Shown here in pieces: positions 9,847 to 20,722 of a stretch of DNA of 62,507 nucleotides. The translations under genes and the position numbers were made by a program. The stretch comes from Vairimorpha necatrix (taxonomy: Eukaryota), in contig CP142737.1 in assembly GCA_036630325.1 (NCBI GenBank), positions 930,001-992,507 on the forward strand. The letters are read 5' to 3'. Position 1 is the first letter of the stretch, and every line of letters begins with the position of its first letter. The notes beneath the pieces were generated by a model. That model ran no database searches. It saw only the letters and a list, made by a program, of their open reading frames with translations, and was not told the origin of the DNA.

Positions 9847-11913
9847 TTAAGTATTAGGTAATTCAATCGAGGCCTGTTTTCTTAATCTAACTTCTATATT
9901 ATTTCTCAAAATTTGTATAAAATCATCTTCTATTTCATTTTTATAATCATTTATTGATTCTTCTTGTGTTTCATTTTTTTTTATAAATTCATTAAATATA
10001 TTTTCGATGATTATTTTTCCTTTTTTTATTTGTTCATTTTCATAATATGTTCTAATATCTTCGTCGAAAATATCTTTAAGCTCTTCTTCCAAGGGATTTG
10101 ATTTAATTATGTTTAAATCATAATCTAATGATGAGTTTTTTAACATTTCTCTTATTTTTTTTGTTTCTTGCTCTTTTAACTTTCTCTTTTTTTCATATTC
10201 TTCATCTTCATCTGTATTTTTTTGTAGATTATTTTTTATAATATTGGCCTTTTCCTCTATCTCATTTCCATCAAGTTGAAAGTTTTCACAAATTTCATTT
10301 CTTATGAAATCTTCCTTAATATATTCGTACACAAAACGCGAACTAGCCAATCCTGTAAATAATGATGTCATTTTGCAGACATTTTTCAAAACTTCGTTTT
10401 TATATTTTATAATATTGTTAATATGGTAATTTTCTGCTTCCTTTATGATTTTTACGATATTGATACATCTGCTTTTTCTATCTGCACGAGAAATCTTTTC
10501 ATTATTTTTCCCCTGTATGCATTTATTTATATCTATTAATGATTTCCAAATATATTCGTTGTTTATGTTTTTTTTATTGATGTATTCTTCTGCTGCCAAA
10601 AGTAGGCAAATTTTTATTAAATAACAATCTAAAAATTGAAGCCCTGACAATCTATATGATAATTTATTTATAATTTTGTTTTTATTGTCTTCTTCATTGT
10701 TTGATCTGAATATTATTTCACCTGTTGTGTAATCCAATTCATCTTCCTCTACAATGTACATATGCTTAATAATAAAATTAAATATTAATTTTAAGGCAGA
10801 TCTTTGCTTGTTCATTATTCTCATTATGAGAAATTTAACTTTGTTGTAATTTTTTAGTAATCTATAAAAAAATTCAACACATTTATAATCTTTTGTATTT
10901 GCTATAAAATTAATCTTTTCCAATATTTTCTTAATTTCATCAAAAAAATTATTGTTTATAAATTTTTTTTCACCATCGTCCTTGTTTGATTCATTTTTTA
11001 AATATACAGAATTTTTTGTATATCCATCAAAAAAGCTTATAGAGTCTAAGTGTACCTCTATTTTGAATTTTTTAGGCATTATCTTTTCGATTTTGTTTGG
11101 TGTAATTTCTAAACATCTAATTTCGCCCCTTGCCTCAATATGATATAAATCATTGACGTTAAAAATTTCATATAATTTTTTTAATATTTTTGCGTCATAA
11201 TAACACATATTCTCTGCATCAATTTTAACTAAAATATTAAGTTCTTTATTTTCAAGTTCGTTTATATCAAATTCAAACAAATAACACATATTTTTAATTA
11301 CAATGCATAATCTGAAATAGTAACTATTATCGTCTTCTTTTCTGCTGTAACTTAGCGTGGGTTCTGGGTCTTGCACCTTAGATTCGTTTTTTGAATTATA
11401 CTTTCGCTTCTTCTCAAGAATATTGTGTAAGAAACAACCCCGAACGCAAATATTTTCATAATAAATTTCGGTTCCTTTCTTTTTAATTCTTCTTTCATCA
11501 TTTATTTGATTTAACTTTTCTATAATTTTTTTCACAATTCTGTTACTTTGTCGATATTTAGATTGTCTATATAATAATACGATAGAGTCAATGTTTAAAG
11601 TCGATTTAATCTTCTTTATAAATTGTTCTATTTCTTCGATAATATTATAAGTGGATTTATTAGCATAATCAATAATTATATATCCAAATTCATTAGAAAT
11701 AGTTTCATTAAAAATATTATTCACAAGCAAACAACATAATTTCTTATTATTTTCACTACAAGTAATTTGTATTTGGGTATATTTCTTATTTAGGTTGAAA
11801 ACTGTATACTTCCTATTCTCAATTTGCTTTAGTATAATTCCATTTATTTTGTTATAAATATTTATATTTGATTTTACAAACCAAATTACAACAAAAAATT
11901 TGATTATATTCAT
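9847..11913 (-). CDS. Hypothetical protein (688 aa) with signal-peptide-like N-terminus and charged C-terminus
   Basis: Long ORF, CCCC-TA-ATG start, MNIIKFFVVIWFVKS N-terminus; family not recognised; frame stays open 58 codons past the stop. Confidence 0.85.
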   Translation of the reverse strand: MNIIKFFVVIWFVKSNINIYNKINGIILKQIENRKYTVFNLNKKYTQIQITCSENNKKLCCLLVNNIFNETISNEFGYIIIDYANKSTYNIIEEIEQFIKKIKSTLNIDSIVLLYRQSKYRQSNRIVKKIIEKLNQINDERRIKKKGTEIYYENICVRGCFLHNILEKKRKYNSKNESKVQDPEPTLSYSRKEDDNSYYFRLCIVIKNMCYLFEFDINELENKELNILVKIDAENMCYYDAKILKKLYEIFNVNDLYHIEARGEIRCLEITPNKIEKIMPKKFKIEVHLDSISFFDGYTKNSVYLKNESNKDDGEKKFINNNFFDEIKKILEKINFIANTKDYKCVEFFYRLLKNYNKVKFLIMRIMNKQRSALKLIFNFIIKHMYIVEEDELDYTTGEIIFRSNNEEDNKNKIINKLSYRLSGLQFLDCYLIKICLLLAAEEYINKKNINNEYIWKSLIDINKCIQGKNNEKISRADRKSRCINIVKIIKEAENYHINNIIKYKNEVLKNVCKMTSLFTGLASSRFVYEYIKEDFIRNEICENFQLDGNEIEEKANIIKNNLQKNTDEDEEYEKKRKLKEQETKKIREMLKNSSLDYDLNIIKSNPLEEELKDIFDEDIRTYYENEQIKKGKIIIENIFNEFIKKNETQEESINDYKNEIEDDFIQILRNNIEVRLRKQASIELPNT

Positions 11914-11919
11914 TAGGGG
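11914..11919 (-). promoter_or_regulatory. CCC-type start-proximal motif
   Basis: CCCCTA immediately before the ATG at 11913. Confidence 0.7.
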
Positions 11920-12258
11920 AAAAATAAAATTAGTATTTTAATTGTTTTAAAAATTAAAAAAAATTTCTAATTTTAAAGAAATCGTAAAATTAACGAAAAA
12001 TAAATTATCAAGGTTTTGAACTTAACATTTCAAAAATCTCATTTGGGTTGTACAAATCTTAATGGCTGTCAATAATTTTTTTAATTTTTTTGCAGAAATT
12101 TTAAAAAGAACAATATAGAAAGTAACTCGGCCAAAGTGAACTTTAGACAATATCTATTATAGACTTATAAGAAAAATTGAAAGGATTTTCATTTTATTCT
12201 AGAATCCGTGTAAAAATTATTATCATATTTTTTTTGTACGTGTTGTACTCAAAGCGGG

Positions 12259-13205
12259 GGTTCAAGGGCAGTCTGGTGGCCAAAAATCCCTTAAAAGGAA
12301 TTTTTAAAAAAATCACCCCAAAAATGAAAAGTCCAAGGGAAAAATTTAAAAATCATTTTAATAATTTTATCAAAAAAATCCCCTTCAAAATTTCTTCTAA
12401 GCATAAATCTTACCAAAGAACTCTTTATTAATCTTTTTGTTCTATGCCTTATGGAAGTTTCACTTTTAACAGCGCTCCAATTACCTTCGATAGTATTAGT
12501 ATGGCATGAATTATTATTATTAACAAATTCTTTTGCATGATTAACCGTCTTATGTTGTTGAAAAATTGAACACAACCTAGAATATGAAGAGAAGCAATCA
12601 CTATGTATGATAGATTCTGGGTGAACATATTTAATTAAAAGTTCTTCTAGTGTAGTTGCTCTTCTATTATCAACAGAGGCAAACACAATTTTCCTTTGAG
12701 GTGTTCTTTCTACCATTCCAAAAATCCAAACTCCTTCTACCCTATGGCCTCTATGTTATTTTACTTTACCAAACTTACTTTCATCTATTTCCACAACAAT
12801 CCCATGTCCTCCTATTATACCTGTTTCAACGTAAACAGAATTTTCGATGGAATTTACTGTTAAAGAAATGATTTTTCTTACACTTTTAATGCTAATTCCA
12901 AGAAATTCCGCCTTAGATTTATACTTTACATTAACAGACCATAATTTAATAATTAATAACATAGTATTAATTCGAAGCTTGTTATTGTAGAATGGAGTGT
13001 TTTTTAATAAAGACCATTTACTTCTACATTTAGACCAAGTACATCGAAAAATAAAATTTTCATTATATTTTTTACTTATAGAACCACATTTTATACATGA
13101 TTTGCTTGTTTTTTCAATATATTTTAAAAAAAAATTTCGAAAAAGTTTTTCCTCTTGACTTTTCATTTTTGGGGGGATTTTTGGCCACCAGACTGCCATA
13201 GCTCC
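12259..13205 (-). mobile_element. Merlin DNA transposon, full length (947 bp)
   Basis: Ends GGTTCAAGGGCAGTCTGGTGGCCAAAAATCCC and (reverse complement) GGAGCTATGGCAGTCTGGTGGCCAAAAATCCC; encloses a transposase; no TSD. Confidence 0.9.
12291..13166 (-). pseudogene. IS1595/ISXO2-like (Merlin) DDE transposase with one in-frame stop
   Basis: ORFs 12756-13208 and 12291-12716 share a frame: ...VEIDESKFGKVK*HRGHRVEGVWIFGMVER...; motifs CIKC...CTWSKC, VEIDES, IHSD, HTNTIEGNW. Confidence 0.9.
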
Positions 13206-13495
13206 CATTCATTTTAATGTGATGAAGAAAACTCCAGAGTACATCTCTTTGGAACGACAACGAAGATATGATAAAGAGGATGCAGGAGAGGAAGAAGTAA
13301 CTAGAGCTATAAGCGCACTAGCGAATATGGCTTATTAAAGAAGTGTGTCGGCAAAGGAGATTGATCTAAAAATTTAGAGTTGAAAAACATAAATAATTCT
13401 ACAGAAACCAAAGTCTACGAAGAGCCGAATCTAGTGAGCGATACCAAGATAAACTGTGCTAATCTAACTTTAATGATAAATAAAGCTAATAAATT
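13206..13495 (+). mobile_element. 3' fragment of RLE-type LINE (family C), truncated by the Merlin element
   Basis: Reads IHFNVMKKTPEYISLERQRRY; the duplicate at 40707 reads LEAYIQSNVIKKTPESISLERR. Confidence 0.65.
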
Positions 13496-14251
13496 TTTTA
13501 TATGTTGTCAACACTAAACACAAACATTGGCGTACTTACGAATGTAGTAACGACCATGCAACTTTCGTTTGATTGTGTGACACAACTTGACATGTCATCT
13601 GAAACGGTTGACATATTTTTGACATCTGTCCATGTGTTGTAGTAATGTACATCACAGTATTTAAGAAAAACAAAATCTCAATAAAGAATATTAGTTAATT
13701 CACATAAATATGTTTTTATTATTTTGTAGTCGAAATTATTAAAAGGATGTAGTTCATATATAGTTGTAGCAGATCAAATACATATTAATCATATTCTTAC
13801 AAATGACAGTTTTAACTTTGTTGAAAAAATTATTTAAAAAAATTTACTTTAGAGGGTATGGAAAATAAGAATAACAAAATTGCCAGATATTATAGAGAAA
13901 TTGAAATAGATGCCAGTACATCATAAAATTTGCGATCACATATGAAAGTATTTTGTATATAATATAGGATATATACTCGTTTTTGCCGTGTAAAATGTAT
14001 ATTATTTTTTAGTATAACATGTATATATATTAGAAATGTATATTCGGATCGAAGAAAATCTTATATAATCTTATTTTATATAAGAAAGCATAAAACCAAT
14101 ATTGTAAATTATTCTATTATTTGGTTAAATCGCTTAATGATCTTTCGTTCTGACTAATATGAAATGTTTCTTTATGCATAGAAAGAAAACAAAAATTAAA
14201 GGAATTTGAAAATATAAATGGTTTTCATAAAGGATAACAAAGTTTAAATAA

Positions 14252-14318
14252 GTGTGCTTGCAAAAGGGTGCACCTTGATTTGGGATATCGAAGGTCAAAG
14301 GTTTGATTCCCAGTGGGA
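14252..14318 (+). pseudogene. Decayed tRNA-like sequence (Pro-like) or SINE head
   Basis: B-box-like ggtttgattccc, anticodon-arm-like cttgatttgggatatcga; the duplicate has an A-box TGGCAGAATGG. Confidence 0.45.
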
Positions 14319-15069
14319 ATTAAATTAAAATTTATATTCGCTGTGTAGAAATAGATGCTGTTGGGCATACAGACGTCACTAAATATAATATTTCAAAATT
14401 TATAGACTAAACGAATATTATGAAAAGTATCTCTTGTAATGAATTGATCATTAATTTCTTAAATATATTCACAATTCGAATTCTGTTTACGTATAATTTG
14501 TTCTTCTGTGTTTCAAAATACCATAGCTGTATATATTATAGGGATCTAAAAGCCAATTATGGCACTCTTGATGTAGAAATTTATGAAGTTTGTTTTTATA
14601 CAAACAAGATATAGTATTAGATGGAGATCTGTTCAATTATTCATTAATGACAAAGAAGTTTAATAAGTTTGCTTTTAGTGTTCTGTGTGAGAGAAAGACA
14701 CATCTAAGATCTAGATGATTTATTTATATAATATCGACACTAGATTAAAACGATAAATCTACACTGAGTTTTTAAAATCTTCATTTTAATATATTTATTG
14801 ATTTAATGAGCGATTAGAGGCTTGTATATAAAAAAATTCTTACCAAATCAAATCCCAATGGTTACGTCGGAGATAGTGCAGCGCAAGTATTCGGTAATAG
14901 TTAAGAGTTAGAAATTCCCTATATCAATTGGATAATTAACTCTCTTTCTTTTGAGTTCATGTATAATATTTCATCTTCCCTTCTACTCGCCAAGAATATG
15001 AAATTTTAAAGTAAATATAGGCTAAAAGTCAAAATTTTGTTTTTTGAACTTCCAAATTTTTAATATTCC

Positions 15070-15470
15070 AAGGATGACAAGTATATATATTCAAACATCA
15101 AGAATAAGAATAAAATCATGAAAAAATAAATTATCTAAAATTACATAATTTTGATTTTCTTTTTTCATTGATGACAAGTATATATACACATTTTTAAAAA
15201 ATAAGAAGCTGATAAAAATCATGAAAAAATTTTTGTCTAAAATGTCATAATTTTAGAGTTTTGAAATTTTCATTTTATAAATGAGGAAAATTATATATAC
15301 ATATATATATTTACAATAAGACAGAAAAAAAAATCATGAAAAAATAATTAGTCTAAAATGAAATAATTTCTAATTTAAGAGATTTAAATTTTAGATTTTT
15401 CAAACTTGACAATATATATACAAATGTAATAAGATGAAGAAGAAAATCATGATAAATAACTGAGGAAAAT
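15070..15470 (+). repeat. Degenerate tandem repeat, ~105-115 bp, about 4 units
   Basis: aaaatcatgaaaaaat...tctaaaat recurs near 15113, 15217, 15330 and 15444. Confidence 0.65.
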
Positions 15471-18400
15471 AATTACCCCAAAATAATTCATCACAAAAGA
15501 ATTTAGCTATATCACGAAGGCTTTAAAGTAATTATTCTTGACATTGCAAACGACCAATTAATTATTAAGAAGAGATGTATTTGTATATGTATATATATAT
15601 TTAAGAAGAGATAATAATATCAACAAGACGAAAATAGTCCATCAATAAAATTCAGATAAAACAGTATTGTAAGTACAAAATTTTAAAAGTAGACTTAATA
15701 TTTTTTACGATTGGGAAATTATAATTATATCTATCGCTTGCAAACAAAATAAAGTTAGTATATAAAATAGAGAAACATAAAAAATTAGTTTAATCAACAA
15801 ACACTGTTAAATACATTGTTACATAAATATATATCTATATAATCGAACTTAGATGAACTAAGAAATTTGTATTTCGAACAGATTTCCATTAATACTCCAG
15901 AATTGAATAATCTATATGTGACGAGTCATTTGCATACTGAGACGTGCCCTGCCCAAAGGAATAGCCATTATTGACTGGCACATCGATAGACTGAAGAAAT
16001 GATTGACAATAGATGGCAAAATGAGAGGGTATATATATATGTAATAAATACATATAAAGATTTATATAACAAATGTTTTTTGTGTTTTAAATATCTCCAA
16101 TTAGTCATTAGCATTTTACTATAATAAGACACTTTTAGTGAAAGACCAGGAAAGATTGAACATTAAGGATCACAAAGCACAGAAAAATTGAATTTATTAA
16201 ACAAAACAAAAAAGTTCCCTTTTTAGGACGTAAATCAACCTCAAAGTCTATATATAAAATAAATTAAAAATTATATGATACTAGAAATTCAAAATCTCAA
16301 CAAAATTTATAAGCTTTTACGAAGATATGTGTAGATATAATAAACATGGCAAGTGCTTAATATAAATATACATTTATACTAAGATATAAAAATCTTGGTA
16401 ATAAGTTCATATTTATTGCAACAACCAGATGTATCTTTGTTTTCTAGAATGAAATACCCAGAATCAATTACATCATATATTTTATTACAGACTTAACATA
16501 ATAAACAAAAACGTATTTTAATGATATAAAATAAGATAATTTTGAGTTTCTGAGTTATGATAATATCGATTAATTAATATAGAAATAATATTTCATATGT
16601 AAAAAGAATAAACAAATCCTATTAAAGAACCCAATTGATAAAATTAAGTATTGTAAACAATCAAACTATTGTTTTTTTGCCAAGACAATAGCCAACCCCC
16701 CAAAAATTAAATAAAAGACAAATAAAAAAAAAATTTACGTATCTTATATATTCTAAAAATATAATGTCAGTGTAAATGTACTATTATTAATATTCTGTAG
16801 GACTGATTATAGAGATATTGACCATCAATAAATAATAGAAGAGAAATAATCAGTTATTTAAGATAGTAAATGAACAAAAGTTGAAAAATAAAGGAAATAT
16901 AAAGTGGGAAACACGAGATTATAATTATTTATGATTTTGATTATAAATAAAATCATTTTTTACAACATATATACAATAGAGTAATATAATTCTGCAATTT
17001 AATATTTGATATGTTTAGATTTCATTAAGTTAACATTTTATTGTAAAATTATATAATCTTAACAATTGCAAAAAATCATTTTGGGATACTATATTTTTTG
17101 AATATTTCAGAGATAAAAGTGTTTTACATAAGATAAGGTGAATGATCATTTAAATATAACATTAATAAAAAAAAAGTAAATTGGTATATTTTGCATTACA
17201 CCCCCTAATAGATATACTTTCTGTTTGCAAATAAATAGACCATCTAAATCATACATAATTTAAACAGATAAGAGGACGTTGTATACAATAGAAAAGAAAA
17301 CAAATAAAAAGATTACAGTCTAAAAATAGTTATAAAACTGTACACTAAATCAAAATTATTGTTCACATTAGATGCTATACAATGGATTTAATAATTGCAG
17401 ACATAAATTTTGACTACAACTTCCTGGGATTGATTTGGTTGTAAATTAAATTTTTATAAAAAATGCACATATTTTATTTATGTTCTATAAAAAAAGGAAA
17501 ACGACATTATATTCACATTATCAGTTACTTTTAAAATAATTTGACAAATAATAAAGTATGCAGGAAACAAATTAACTTGTTTCGTTCTTATTTCTAATTT
17601 CTAAAAGCAAATTCCGTACACTAATTTTTTTGGCAGAAAAACAAATCCCTAGATGAAAGATTATCGAAATGTCGTTTCTTACAAAAAAAATTGGATAATA
17701 TGTTGAAGCCATTTATAATAAAAACTGCGAAAATATATATATGCGAGAAATTAATATTTACAAAATAAAAGAATCAATTTCTTTGAAGAAACAGTTCAAT
17801 ATTTATTTTAGATGAATCAGTAGTTTACATTCCTCGTGTAAAGGACAAGGAACACATATATCATTATTAAAATAGCAATACTGTCATTGTTATTTGTTTT
17901 TTCCGTAAATCCGAACCTAATCCTCTATCGTATAACAAAACATAAGGTTACACATTTGATAATCTTTAAAAATTTTTAGATTGTAATTTAGTACTGTTTC
18001 TTTAATAAAGATGTATTGTTTTAATAAATATCAGTTGTAGATAAAATCTTGACAAGAAATAAATATGAAAATTACCTTATAAAACCTAGATGAAATACGC
18101 TTTATACGTATAATTCATGTCGAATTAATATGATCAACTTGTTATAAGCTAATATTAAGTAAAGCCGCACGATTCAATGTATCTGTGTAAAATCAAAAAT
18201 AAGATAAATTCTTAGTAAAAAATACATTATGTAAAATATAATAATTTTAAGTATTTATATTTTTCAATTATTATTTGAAAATGACAAGAAACGTATCTAC
18301 AATAAAAATATAATACAAGCGTTAAAATGATGCAAATCTAACACACTCTTAAAAATCGAAAACAACTTGCATTATAGATATAAAAATATGTATATATAAA

Positions 18401-20499
18401 TTTTTAAGTTAATAAATTTGAATATAAAACTGCAACAGCAATATATATAGATTAAATAAAAAAAATATTAGTTAAAAACAAAATAACAAACCGTTTTCTA
18501 TTACAATTTTATAATAAATAGTGTAATATAAGAAAATTTACATTTAGAGTATTAATAAACTGAAAATGAATGTTTCTTATATAAATTAGAAATGAATATT
18601 GTATGAATAATAAGTAATTTTGTATAAAGTAGCTTTTAATATTAAAATTTAAATTTATTTTTTTTGTAGAAGACACTGAATATGTAGAACATTTTGAAAA
18701 TATTTATGAGATATGTATGCATGTCTAGTCCTTTACCTATAAGATTAACGTCCCTATAAAAAAAAACATGGTAACCAAGCCTTTAAAACAATGACTTTCT
18801 AATTTCGGGTTTTTTGAAAAAAATTTTTACGTTCCCCGCACGAAGAAGTTTATTTTGGAAATCATTAAAAAGTTTTATGTAACAATGAGCTTAAAAAAAT
18901 GAAAAAATAGAACTTTACTATTAATGAACAACTTCACTAACAACTAGAAATGAAATGATGTTTAAATCGACCGTTTTTCAAAAAGAGGCCAGTTTTTTAA
19001 AAAAAAACATTACTGATGCAGTGTTTATTGATATTTCTTAATGGTGAATTAACGACTAGAAGGATTTATCTAGGAGCATCTTCTTTTCTTTTATACGATC
19101 CTATATCCCCAATTTCCAAAATTCGAATAACTGGTGGTCAAAGAAGTTTGTAGAAAGCAGTTTCGAATTATAGTAATGTTAGAAGTCGCGTAAAAGATTC
19201 ATTAATGATAAGTTCATTCGTGTAAGTTAATTATGTACATGATTTTGCAATTTGAAATTTATTTAAATCTTAGTTTCTTATTAGCAGTGAATCTTGACGA
19301 TGTAATATAAAGATAGATAAAAACATATGTTCTGAAACGAAAAATTTTACAATATGTACTTTCTGTAGTTTGTATGAGAATTTAAATCGGTATCTATCAA
19401 TTAACTACCTACAATAAACGTATGAGGTTAAATTCAATCTTAACAAAAATCTATGTAATGGTTCTCTCTTATCTTACATGGAAAAAAATAAAAATTAAGA
19501 AGAGAGTAATATTATGTAACAAGAAGAAAATGTCTAGAAATATTTTCTAATGAAGGATCATTAACATTTACGGAAAATTTGTAACAATCGAAAAGCGAAA
19601 TTATGAGATAAGAAATTTAGCATATAATAAAATTTGAAAGTTTGTGTAATAACTAAATGATGTTAATAGTAAAATTTTCTCAACCACATTAATAGCATGC
19701 TGACAAAGCTTCTATATCGGATTTTAAAAGGCTTTATTAGTTATCATACAATTTTAGATAATTGTTTAGTAATAAACAGATAGCAAATTATCATATAAAC
19801 TGTTTACAGTTATAATTAAGATGAATCAGTAGAACAAAATATGTCAAATGTAAAGTTATAAATAATTAGAACATTATATAATTACCAAATTAAAGACTGT
19901 CATTCTATTATAATGAATAATTTTAATGAGTTTAATATATAAAAATATCATAAAAACGTATATATGATATAAATTTTTAAAAATAAATAAGAATGATTAT
20001 TTTATATATATCAGTAAAAATCTAGAATTTAGTATAAAAATATATTTAGAAAAAACATGTTGGTCATTTAAGAGAAGGTGTCTAGTAATTTTGTTGAAGG
20101 TAATGAATTTTGCTTTTTTTTAGAGATAAAGATAATTAACAACGAAGTATAATACAATAAATAATAATAAAGGAATTAATCATCAGATCAAGGCTTATAG
20201 AATTCTAATATTCTTTATCGATGCTAGGTTCATATTAATCTTGTCTATTATATTTAATGAAATTAATCTTTTTGTAATATTTAAGTTTTTATATTTTGGG
20301 ATCTGAAATTATCTTCATTTAAAGAAAATATTTGAAAAAAAAATATTTTAAATATATTATGATTAAACAAAAATGATATATAAAAAAGTAAATAAGATAG
20401 TTTATAGAGTATAATAAGGAAGATATATTTACATTTGAACAAAAATAAAAATAATATTAATATTAATATTGTTGTTTTGTATAAAATAAAAAAAAGGGT

Positions 20500-20722
20500 T
20501 AACTATCAAATACTCTAAGAAAGTAGAAGCGTACATCAAGATGATTAACATAGAAGGCAAACGAAACCATTCCAACAGACTACCGAAGAGATGTACATGT
20601 TCCGATTTGAAAAGGACTAAGAACCGAGAAGCTGCCCACAAACAGGAGTTGCTAACGCGGAACCTATTCAGAAGATACTAGAAATATTAAACACTATTAG
20701 CATATCCCAAATGATTCATTTT
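20500..20722 (+). mobile_element. 3' fragment of RLE-type LINE (family B)
   Basis: aagtagaagcgtacatc...gctaacgcggaaccta...attcatt, homologous to 32290-32572. Confidence 0.75.

Noticed and set aside
12291-13208. Bacterial IS1595 insertion or contamination
   Set aside because: Embedded in eukaryotic subtelomeric DNA, multi-copy, with host-type start motif; consistent with native Merlin.
13500-13660. Conserved GC-richer block as ncRNA or small gene
   Set aside because: Conservation is explained by the duplication; no recognisable fold or start; may be a coding relic.
18730-19065. Possible old MITE
   Set aside because: Terminal inverted match too weak and no TSD.
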